Assembly (NCBI GenBank): GCA_040954595.2
Contig: CM082596.2
Span: 8,076,468 to 8,140,467 of the forward strand
Direction: 5' to 3'
DNA from: Balanoglossus misakiensis
Taxonomy: Eukaryota; Animalia; Hemichordata
DNA: 64,000 bases
Both the position numbers and the translations under genes were made by a program. The notes under the pieces are model-generated. The model was not told where the DNA came from. It made no database searches and was given only the letters and a program-made list of their open reading frames with translations. Below, piece by piece: positions 52,256 through 64,000 of the stretch (position 1 is its first letter; each line of letters opens with the position of its first letter).

Positions 52256-55200
52256 TTATGGCCTCCAGCCCATATTACAGATTAAACTGGAAATATAATT
52301 ATCACCTGTTCACTACACTGGGTTTAATATACTTGTGGATTCTTTGCTATAATATAATTCAATTCTTTTCCATTTTTCCACTAAAAACTTTACTTGTCCA
52401 AGACACGCCTACTCACAACTAAATTCTTCATGGTCACATTGTTCAGATAGAGAAAAAATATCTTGAATTGAAACTGTGAATGAATATGATTAAATAATAA
52501 TCAACATTAAATAAACATTATTAAATTCAAGAAAGTGATAAAACAGTAGCTACAATATGTACGCATAATTTTAACAGATATTTCAGATGGATGATGATAT
52601 AGAATTTCTGGAGAAAAGGACTGTTACACATAACGATTATGCGGCAGTCATGTCAACGAGTTAAAGGTAGCGCATTTTATTTCAATTAAAAGTTGTATTA
52701 TACTCAGGAAAATCAATTTTGCATTCAATTATAAATGGCCTTGTGAACTCCCCAGACAAATGACTGTACACAGTACAGGTGAGACCAGAATTTGTAACAG
52801 GGGCTAGACTTGTCGCTAAATTTAGGACATCACAGGTCACGCATGGGGCAAAAATATTTTTTTTTTAGGAAATCATGCCATACACAGTGTGTCATTGTTT
52901 CATGGGTGAGGTTGAACTTGTTCTACGGTACGGTTGAACTGGAGTTGTCAATAATGTCATATTGGTTTATATTAAGAAGATTACATCATCACGAAGATTG
53001 ACAAGCCAAGATTTTATCTTGCTGTTAAGAAGAATTGACATAAGAGCACCATTACTCAAATTTTAACATCTCCGCCCATTTCACTCTAATTTGGTTCAAC
53101 TTTAAGACACTGGATTTCAACCAAACCATGGTTTTTTAAATGCCCGTTCCATGAAAACGTTTGACTTCTATAAAACATCAAGCAAAACGATACCATTTTA
53201 CTCTCATATTTGATCCAAATTATCATTCACTCAGCGCCAGAAATATCAAGGTAGAAGACTGAAATTCTTCACCATGATTCCTACATAAAAGGACTACTTC
53301 CTGACATAAATCGACATTCATGATGCAATAGTTTTCATCGTCCATGCTAGTATCAGTAAGGAATGCACACGGCGGTTTCATAAAAATCAATAAACACAAA
53401 GTGTTAAACAAAGTCAGGAAGGTCATGACTCACGAAAATCATTTAGTGAAAATAAAAAAGAGCTGAACTGCACAGCAGGATGGAAATATAGAAAAATAGT
53501 TATTCTAAACTATAGTCTACAAGTGGTGTCCAAGACAACCTGAGTCTCCTCCCAGTTGAATATTTACGTGCAGTGGTGCAACCGTAAACTGTCACAGTCA
53601 GGAATCAATACTGCCACTGTGAATGTGCATATTGGTGAAGTTGCATAAAAAAGGGGAGCAATCTGAAGTGTGACACACCTTATACATTCACTCTGTGTGC
53701 GGGCGATACAAAGCCAAAACACTGAGACGATATATAGAGGACAGCGTGAAATCTACAGCCTGCTGCAACCATGCCGGAAAACAGTTCCTGCACTTCCACA
53801 GTGATGTGGTAATAACACACAGCGTTCCGAGTCCTATTGTTGAGCTGGAACTCCAAGGTAAACAGGCGGACAATAGAGTCCAGTTGTCTATGGTGAAGAA
53901 AAACCTGGATATACGTTGCGGAATCCCTCAATCTGCATCACAATACACCAGCCCTGGCAAAATCAATCTGCCTTTGAGGAGTCAGAGACCTGGTATTTCT
54001 GTTTGGGTGGTGGTTCTGACGCAATGCAGTACACAATGGTGAATCGTCACCTCTATTGATTTTTTTCTTTTGCTCTTGGAGTTTGCAGGACCTCTGCATA
54101 AGCTGGGTATATAGTACATTGTAATGACCAGAAAGTGCTGGTACTATTACCTGGATCAAACTACCGTACAAACATGTCCAATCAGCATGCCAAATTATTT
54201 TAGCATAAAATTAAAACATCTGCAGGCCTGTTGTGCAGAAATGTACATGTGTAGATAGAATTTCCAAGAAAAAGATTTGTTATCAACATTGCAATAGTCA
54301 TACACATGCAATGCACATACCACACATGACATCACAACAATATCCAGATAGAGAGAAAGTTTGAAGGTACGGTAATGTAATTTATTTAGCTCCTCGCGCA
54401 TCACATTTGAAAACCTCATCAAACGCACATTACCGGTACTAACAGTATCACCGAGATTTGCACCCAAAACTGAATTTATTTTCTCAGAATAACCACATCC
54501 TTTTGAAGTTAGCGTAGTCCCACTTTTCTGTCGATCAAAATGTCAATTTTAGCATCTGTGCAGTCTAGGAAATCAGCGAAAAGAATAATTGTATTGCCGG
54601 AGGAACGTTTCTTCTTTATACGGCGTATTAGGATTCGGGGGCAGTCTAACCTGGAATTCATTGGTTGAAACCTCACAAAAAACACACTTTAATATGATTT
54701 TCTCACATTTCATTCCCCGAAGCAATCAATTTCCTGTAAGTTTCATCCGAGACCAACAGCAAATGTCAGCTGCGTCTTCAGTTTGTACACACACAGCTAT
54801 ATTATCCAGATCAAGACAAAATGGAGGAGCAAATTCCATCAAGCTAAGTATGTGAGACATAGATTTATATCTAATATTTATAAACTGAAGATTTATATTT
54901 ATTAATCATTTATATAGCTAATACAATTCTTCAAACAGAATATGTTTCGGTACCATCAACAACAAACAATCATGTCAGCCAATCAGTGGGGTTGACTCAC
55001 AGCAGTCCCGCAATGTTCTCTGATTGGTGCATCATAGACCAATAAAAAAATTGTAAAAGTTGAATTATGAATTAGTGTAATGTGGACCTTCCCCCCCCCC
55101 CATTTAACTTGTATAAATATCCTTATTATGAATACCCTTCTGCTTGACTTCTAATAACCTTATTATGAACCCCCCCCTGTTTGACTTGCATATCCCTTAT

Positions 55201-55517
55201 TATGAATATAACGCTCAGAGTTTGATTCATCATTGAGATGCACAAATCAAGGGATGTGTTGTTTTAGCCTCCTCAGGGGGGCTTTCAATCACAGGATCTG
55301 TTCAGAAGACACAGGGGTGTTTGTCGTGACTTTACTTGCACACCCGTGTCATATTTATATCGCATATTATGACAACATTGTGCCACGTACAGTTTGAATG
55401 ATTCGAAAGCACCAAGGAATGGGTGAATGTCACACCTCAGGAAATGGCTGTCAACATGAAACTGATTTGGGCCACCTCACGCCTAACCCCTCCTTAATGA
55501 TACACTACTGCAAGTTG

Positions 55518-55735
55518 GTAGGATATGAGAGTAAAAATCTCGCCAAAATGAATAAACGGTAAACACCAATTATTCATTTTGGCGAGTATTTCACTCTCGT
55601 GTCTACAAGTGGGATGGAAGTTGTGTGTGGTTGAACGTTGATTCACTATATATCCACTTGTAGAATAACATAAATGGTGTCTTGTATCAAACATAATTAA
55701 TGGAAAAGGGGAAGCGAGGGAGAGACTTTGTCCCT
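55518..55735. mobile_element. Truncated copy of the 7824-8166 palindromic MITE
   Basis: Shares CTCGCCAAAATGAATAA and GTGTCTTGTATCAAACATAATTAATGGA...GAGACTTTGTCCCT|TTAA. Confidence 0.85.
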
Positions 55736-58700
55736 TTAAATAAATAATGAAAAGTCATGGCTACAGCAGCCATATTATCTCATTAGCGGGTATTAAAATC
55801 AGACAAGGCTGATGGATTTGAATTTGATAAACACACACAGCTTAAAGGGTTACTTGCAAACTAGAAAAGGAGGTTGTTGCCACGGTGAGTGTCCTTTTCC
55901 AAGACAACACCTTATCATGCATCAATTATTCAACATCAAAAGCTTAATGTCACTGATGTGTCCTCTAAAACGCAGGGACCTTGATACTGCAGCTCGCTGA
56001 TCAACAAAACAACCTGCAGTGATGACTTCACATGTGATATTGCTGGGTTCAAGGGATACCCCCTACCCATCTGTAATGCATTGATGTGACACTGTGTCTT
56101 AATATTCAGGAGGAAAAGTTGTTTGGCGCAAGTATCAATATGGATTGCTGTCAACGATAGCAGATGGGAAGAAAGGTAGTTCACAGTAGGGTATATTAAC
56201 ATAGTACTTGTAGCTGCATCTTTTTTGCATTTTTCTTACTAAAATACAATCCAATTTTCGGAGATATATTTAGAACTCCCTCATTAAGCCATATTACCTT
56301 TGAAATAGTTGCAATCCTTGGCAAGAGATTCAGGTCCTTTAACACCTTTTTGTGAGTCTACTTGCTGGTGGCAGCCATATATAATTTGCTTTTCATTTTT
56401 GAACAACGATATCGAGAGAAAAAATAAAAAGATACAGCTAATGGGGCAGCTTAAGAGCAAATAGATTACCTTGATAAATCTTTCAATGAAAAACAAAGGC
56501 TTTGCATCTCATAAACATTCAATGTCATTTCACATCAACACTTAGTTAGCACTTTAAACTGCAGTCAGGGGGAGGGGGTTGATCGAAACAAGTTCAGCTT
56601 TTTAAACTTCAGCTCCTCTCACAAGAACTTTCAAAAATGTTCTGTTGTTCAAGGGATGTTATCAGTCCTGATGTCATATTTTACACATTTAGTATCAAGT
56701 CATCCCGAGTATCAGCCAGTATGATGATAGCTAGTATCTGCAGGTATCTATCTGCAAATTTTTGTTCCATTTCCCCATTTTAACGAATTACACTTTGACA
56801 GGTAAAATAGAAAAGTGTTTTTGTAATTCCAGATCACTGCCAATCATATTTAAAGAGAAAATGTTTGATCAACATCTTCCTCAAAATTTCATCTGCACAC
56901 CGCACGGTGCCAATGAACAGTGCATGCAGATTTTCAATCATGAACAAATATTTCCACAGCGCTGTCACCGGAGGGATGACAAATTACGAGCAATTTTTCA
57001 AGAATTACGACATAATCCACCGACACGAAGGCTGCTTTGCATAATAATGTAATTGTGAGATTACAATACAGATGCCGCGCAGGTTAATGATTTTAAAGTC
57101 GGTTCACAGTAACACATATTTATTCAACGTTGCAGTTTAGATTTCAAATTGAACCTGACCGACAGACATCCGGAAGAACAGTGATCAATTTTTTCTTCCG
57201 AAAGGTAAAGTGACGAACGGGACCGTCTGGATGTTGTAGTTAGTATGCACAACACAAGATGCTATACAGTATAGAGGCTGCCACTGCAGACACAATGACC
57301 CATGGGATAGGTTAGAACTGTAGCATGTGCTCCTTGGCAGCCATCTTGATGATTGTAATCTCCTGAATATCAAAAGTAATGAGGACCAAAGGGGGATTTT
57401 TTTTTCCTCACCAGAAATACTCTAATCCTTTCTGGAGAAGTGTTGAATTTATCCAGCGATTTGCTGTCTGTGGGAACTTACCACAGAGCATCAAACATGA
57501 TGCCTGTAGTTTCAACAATATAAAGGGGACTACACTATGTCTACTCTTATAATATCTACAATTTGTGATGAAATTACCCAAATTCCTGATCAGTCACAGA
57601 TTTTGATCACTGTTCTTCAAAATGCATATTTTACCGATTATAAAATTTACTGGGGTGGTGAAACCCTCCATCACTGATTGACTACCTTCCAAATACTGAT
57701 ATTAAAAATCTCAAATCTCACTCTAATGATTACAAAATATTAAACACACAAGTATCTTCCCAAAGTCAATAGGGAAAAAAACCCTGTCTGTACTGGTCAA
57801 AAATCAATTCTTAAAATATGTAAAACTATCAAACAGTGCTGGAAAAACAATCCAAAAACTACATGAAAACATCTCATGAAAACGTCACTCACATGAGAAG
57901 TATCTATTTCATGTGTCTTTTAAATATTCATGGAGCATGGACAGTTCATATCAAAATGTGATTTTTAATACAAACACTTCAAAGTTGATTCGCTGAAAAG
58001 TCATTTTCCCAGGAATGATCCCTCATTATTTTCCCTTATCCCGGGAGATCAAGGAGTTATTCAGGGGGGTTGACTCTACACACACAAAATTGCTTGAAGA
58101 TGGTGTCCATAAAAACTTGCCATGACTGGCACGAACAGAAATAACTCTATAAGTCTATCAGTTCTGATCATTCAATATACTGACTGAATACTTGTCAGAT
58201 TGAAAGGCGCGTGAAAAAATTAGCAAAGGATTCCTCCCCGCCACAACGGCATTTTACTGTCTGGGCCCCCCTTTAGTCATCATCAATTCTACAGAGAGCC
58301 GAGCTATGATAGAGATGATTCAATTTCATCGGTTATCTGGTCTGCATTTTTTATTTCCGCTCTGGCGCTGTGACAACCACTAATGCTTTGCCGAGCACCT
58401 ACTTCTAAGACATAAACTGAAGACCACTTCAGATTACCTGCAAGCAGTCCTCATTATCGATCTTTTGACTTACAGCGGAGCTGTTGTTGGCATCTTGATG
58501 CCAGTGATGGCGTCTGGACACACACGGAGTAAAGGCTTTGATCTGACCTTTCAACCCAACTCGGTCACCTCTGACCTCACGACAATTGCACCTGTCCTGA
58601 GAGTGGAAAGCTGAATCAAATCATTACTTGAAATTATATGGTGATTTTTAAGATTCACATCAATTTTTACAGATTAAACATTTTTGTAATTTGACAATCA

Positions 58701-59444
58701 TAAATGGTCATAAATTGGTACATTTTGTTTTTAAAATAAAACCTGTAATTTTTCTGTTATTATGTTGATAGAGCTAGCCAAATGATCACAGAAACAAGTA
58801 CACATCATCATGATGACGTGAAAGTTACGTAGTTAAAACTTTTGATCACTTTTCCATTCCTGAAAATGTCATTTCTTCGCTAAGAGTACACTGTCTCACA
58901 TCCTTACATATCTCTGATAAAAAAACACTGCGTACAGCAAATGACATACGGTGCATGCACAGTGATCAAAAAAGTCAGTTGGACCTACAGCCCAAGAGGA
59001 CAGAAAAAAGATATGAGATGAAAACTGGCACTGAAACTGAATTATCCTCTAACAAGCTGGACACACCATTTGCGTCCATTTCTGTGACAACCTTGATATA
59101 CAGACATCTCAGTTGTCAGGGAGATTTTTGTTCCGAATTGGAAGTGAGGAAAAGCACGCCAACATCCCACGGAAGATGACCAGGAATGGACCCAGTATAG
59201 CTTGGTCAGGTCTGATGACACTATCACAGTATTTTTCCCTGGAACTCTAAATGTCATTCCTCACTCAACCAGTTCTAGCAGACAGATATTTACATGAAGC
59301 CCCCCTGGTCCACACTGAGTTGACACCTTACGTGTGTCTGCTAATCCCAGCACAAAACTCACAAGAGGCTCATGAAGAAGAAGAAAAAGCAAGACGAGGG
59401 GGGAAAAATGACAGATGTTCTTGAAACTGGAGTTTGGAACGTAC

Positions 59445-59501
59445 CTCGCTGTCTGGGAAAAGGGCGGTGTACGAGCCTGACGCCTTGTAATTGGCCAACA
59501 T
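59445..59501 (-). CDS. CACNB: Candidate CACNB alternative first exon (19 aa, ends in PDSE)
   Basis: MLANYKASGSYTALFPDSE ends at a phase-0 donor GAG|GTACGT. It resembles the short vertebrate beta3/beta4a first exons that end in EDSEA. The surroundings are CpG-rich. Confidence 0.7.
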
Positions 59502-62500
59502 GAGGATGACTGCGATGGAAAGTTAACGCTTGTTCCGGATCCACACACCAGAGGACATCCAGCGTGTGTGCGCGTCCAAACACACGGAGAAAAAAAATCA
59601 CCTCAGCATAAGCATCGCAGCCTGACAAAGTACAGTCGTCTCACTCGCAACTTCTACCTCATTAATTTTCATTCTTGCCGGGGACCGTTTCTCTCGACAA
59701 CCGGTGTTTTGCTATGCAACAGGCCTAGCATTCCCACAAGACTTGGAAAGCAGTGTTTAATAGCTTATCACCACGTCTCATAGCATTATGCGACACAGAA
59801 CTCCGGCTGACACACACTGCGCCGCTATACATTATCCTGTAATACAGTGATGGAAACCCAGGTATGAATGCAAAGTGGGGGCCTCCCCCGTGCCACGAAC
59901 AGTAATGAATATACCAGAGGCCCTGCGTTCTCTTTATCACAAACTATAAGATGGCAATCTTTATCCAGAAAAAAAGTTGCTCTTTCTCTATACGCCGCAT
60001 TAATGACATATATCGCTCATCATAATGCCAATTTGGCATAACTTAATACATTCATAAGCCTCCATCCTCATTACTAATTATTAACTATATTCAATTCAGC
60101 TTGCCTTTTATTTTCTCAAGCAAGATTACATTCCCAGGGGATCTTGATAGCAAATTAGCATTCTGATCTGGAGCAAGAAGTAATATCTCAATTCAAATCT
60201 AGCGTGCTATAACACTTCAATGAACTTTTGGCATATAAAAAAACTTTGGTGATCAGAAAAAAAAGACAAGAATATTTACAGTTAAGACAGCAAATTCTTG
60301 GTCAGTAAAATGCCACGAAACCTCTCATTACAATACAGATGCCTCTCTTATCAGGACTCTTATTAAAGAGAGACTTTTCAAGACAAAAGCTATGACTTGA
60401 ATAGAAAGTTACCTGTTTATTACGGACACCTTTCAATTATGGACAGATTATTATGGATAGATGTCCTTAATTGACATGTTTCACAGTTTGAAACAGTCCG
60501 TCTGAAATACACCCCTCTGCATCATACTGACGTCCCAGCCAAGGTGCAGAACACAACACACCCCTCTGAGAAAAATACCACAGTCCAAGAGGTCTTTTCC
60601 ATTTGCACGAAGGTATAGATGGTGTGTAATTAACAGTGGAGATAGACTGCCCAGTAATATGGGTCAACCAGAAGGCAATTTGAAACACAGCAAAGTATTG
60701 TCAGTAAGTGCTCCGCCAATACACAAGACATCGAACTTGGATGGAATTCATGAACCTGTATATAGACATCAAAAATCTAATATTTCCTTTTATCCTACTC
60801 AGTTACATAAAACTTACAAGTTTGCTATGATATTCATTTTGAAAACCTACAAGAGATGAAAAAGAATATTTCTCATCTTGGTAAGAAAACAAGTCAGACT
60901 TCATTAGTGTGAACACTGGCGGCCTTGTTCAATTTTCAAAATTTGTAAATAAGTAATAATTTTACCAATCCACAAAAATTGCACATTTTTCTGCTTCAAG
61001 TAATTATGAACAATCTTCGGGGCTTTAATGAGCAACATCATCACACATTAAAAATAATTACAGGTTGAGTCGAAGAAAATGGTGGCAAGATCGATCTTTG
61101 ACTGTTTCAAACAGATGTCGAGATTGGTCTGGAAATCAGCCACTGCTGAGCACCTGACGACTTCAGGATGAAAAGTAATGAATAAATGGACCCGCCAGCT
61201 AAAAAACACAGACAGTGCTAAATCATCAACTGCATATTAAATTCACTCACTGACAAGGGCAAATCCCGGTGAATGCACACGGGCATTAAAACCCAAATCT
61301 AAATCATGTTGATGACAGGGGCAGGGACATAGTTTTCTGTCGTCTCTCTGTAAATTTGTAAAGATTAACAAAAGCTATGATGGTATTGCATTATTAAATA
61401 ATTTTTTTGACAATACTTCACCAATTTTTTAATAAGCACCATTTCCTGGCAAAATCTGATGATTTTGATGTTTTTTATCAGACTACGTTTCTGCAGACAT
61501 GCATTCGATTCTTCGGAAAAGGTCTCTGGTTTTTCCTGTCCCGGTTCTGAGAAAATTAAACACTTGGGGACTCAGCTAGTAGACAGTAAGGATCTTTCCA
61601 AATGCCATCATCACAAATGTGAACCATCCAGCTTTGAAATGTCAGAGGTCAAAGTGGATCGTGTGCAAACGCCCTGCCAATATATACCTGCACTGCATAA
61701 AACACACGTATCTGAACAGGCAGACAATTTAACCGGCGCAACGTTCCCAGAATACAAGCGATGAAAACGTTGTATTTCACATTTCTATATACAATAGCCA
61801 GTCACCTCAACGTTTAAATGCACAACATTTTTTGAAAGATAAAACATTTCACGCCATTTCAGAGAGAAAGTGGGGAAATTTGTCACTGGAACCTGTTACC
61901 ATGGTGACACTGTCTGCCAGGGTAGACATATTAGCTATATCAAGGCATCAGATAATATTGAATACTGTCTCAAGGTTATGATGAAGTTCAGAAGTTAACA
62001 GCGCTAATTGTACCTTTTTCTATTCCTCTTTTGTCCCACTGAGTATCAAAATACATCCTCTTTTTAAATCCAGATTCTCAACGGAATCATAATTATGATG
62101 TATTCAAATGCAAAGTTCGGTTCTTTTACTTTACATCTCTGTTTTTATTTTTGTCAGATAGATAAGAGCAGTCAACTGAAATGGATCATTTCTATCAAAT
62201 GTGAAACAGTCATGGATTTTGCTTATATATGTCAACTCATTTAGAACTCATCTAAATACTGCGAGAGTCACAGAGGTACCTACTTGTTTTACCAGTCATT
62301 TCAAGACAAGACACATTCGGCCTTGCTATAGAACACACGAACAACAATCAAATGTGTAATAAATATAAACTCGCCGCAGAGACAATATTGATTAAAACAC
62401 ACAAAGACCAATTACATTGTACCTTCAGAGGACATTTCCGTGTCAATTTCTGATCAGACTATTTCAATGGATGACCTAATTTTGTCGGCTGTCATGTAAT

Positions 62501-63245
62501 GTACACCAGCAAATGTCTCCTCTGACAAGTTAATAAGCTAGTCCATACACATGACAGGCCAGGATAGGAAACAATCAGACAACTGAAACCTTCATACATG
62601 ATTCAATCGACAAGAACTGTTATTAGTAATAATATGATGACCCTAAACCACACAGAACGTGCTTTTATACCTGTTATATATATAGTTAGCCTCGCCTAAT
62701 ACAAAGCCAATACCATGGCCTACACAAGCAAAGCCGCATAGTGTTGAAACGAACATCTATACTTTTTTTTTGAAAAGCATAAAGCATGCATGGAAAACTG
62801 ACTACTTTTATCAACATCAGAAAACATCTTAAGCCAAGGTCATTAATTAGTACATGCATGAATCTTAAAAAAATTCACTCCCTCATAATGGGTTTTAAAA
62901 AAGCACAACCATATATTATACACACTGGAGAGCAGTAATTTCTACTTGCTGACAAGATCAAAATGAAACATTTTATTATACAGCTCATCTCATCTCCCAA
63001 CATCATTCACATGCAGGAGGCGAGGTCAATTTCATTGCCCTTTAAATTGAGTGCCAATGTCATCTTTTGTGGAGACAGTTGACAGCCAGTTAACTGACTA
63101 CCTCCATCAGAAATATGACACGAACTGATGAGAGGTCTTGCCAGGTATCTGTCATGATTATATACTAGGGTATCAACTTCATCAAATAATTTTTCTCATT
63201 TGGCGAGCACAATGTTTCTTGTAAAATGGTGACACAGCTACTTAA

Positions 63246-63413
63246 AGGAATTATACAGTCACCTCTAATTAACATACACCTATATATGGACAAAAAGGTG
63301 TGTCTCTGGGATGCACTTTTTTTCACATGGCCACTCACTGAAAATCTATGATTGGGAAGATCTAAACTTTCCATGATAACTGCGTCTAAATTTGCCAAGG
63401 TGACCATATACCT
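63246..63413. mobile_element. Family B MITE
   Basis: TTAA|AGGAATTATACAGTCACC...GGTGACCATATACCT|TTAA. Confidence 0.8.
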
Positions 63414-64000
63414 TTAATCAACACATTTTCATGTATTCAGTATTGACGTCACATCTACAGGGCTAAAATTATTCTGTGCATGCCCTAGTACATGTGTATA
63501 AGCTATAACATTAGCATTATACGTCTCACATACCAATCAGCAAGAAAATTCAGCCACATGAATGTAGTTCAGTCTTTAAATTTTTAACAAAATTGAAATG
63601 CTATTGCAACTCAACTATGTTGTCACGACGATGGTTTAGTTTGATTTTTTAGATGGATCTATTTGAGTCTACAGTGAAATGAAACCAATGACATGGAACC
63701 CTAGCTAAAGAATTCAAAAACATATTTTTTTTATTTAGAAATCTATCAAGGTGTATCCCTTTTCTAACAGAACAAATAATACCATGCATCTGTGGAACAC
63801 AGCTCTCCAGACAGATGTACATACATACATGCACATTCACAATACATGTACCTGAATGGTAAACTTGAATAGTTCTTGCATTACCCATAGTCCTTTGCAT
63901 TATAATCAAACTGCAGCTTCAAGCAAGATAATGTATGACGTACAGCAATATAATCTTATTTTACTATTAAGAAAACTGCAAAAACTAGGACCAAATGAGT

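Noticed and set aside
53680-54042. Overlapping 83-115 aa ORFs on both strands
   Set aside because: No recognisable domain or convincing splice sites; consistent with chance ORFs in an intron.

Overview
Eukaryotic (animal) genomic DNA, AT-rich, with intron-containing genes. The protein sequences and repeat landscape suggest a marine invertebrate, possibly a deuterostome such as a hemichordate; this is tentative. I reconstructed three genes exon by exon with consistent splice phases. (1) VPS25 (ESCRT-II), minus strand, 6 coding exons, 174 aa; its second intron is a U12-type (minor spliceosome) intron. (2) UBE2F (NEDD8 E2), plus strand, 5 coding exons, 183 aa, head-to-head with VPS25. (3) A voltage-gated Ca2+ channel beta subunit (CACNB), minus strand, convergent with UBE2F, with 10 core exons and at least three candidate alternative first exons. 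CACNB also has a HOOK-region splice module with a ~248-nt AG-exclusion zone, tandem acceptors and a possible 8-nt microexon, a long R/D/E/Y mixed-charge C-terminal tail, and many RFX X-box motifs. The left 14 kb probably holds the 5' end of a fourth, unidentified minus-strand gene with a signal-peptide-like exon. Non-autonomous DNA transposon relics are abundant: TTAA-flanked MITEs, a 9-bp-TSD fold-back element, and 20-30 bp palindromes with 7-bp duplications that resemble P-element excision footprints. I found no prokaryotic features, rRNA, tRNA or CRISPR arrays.
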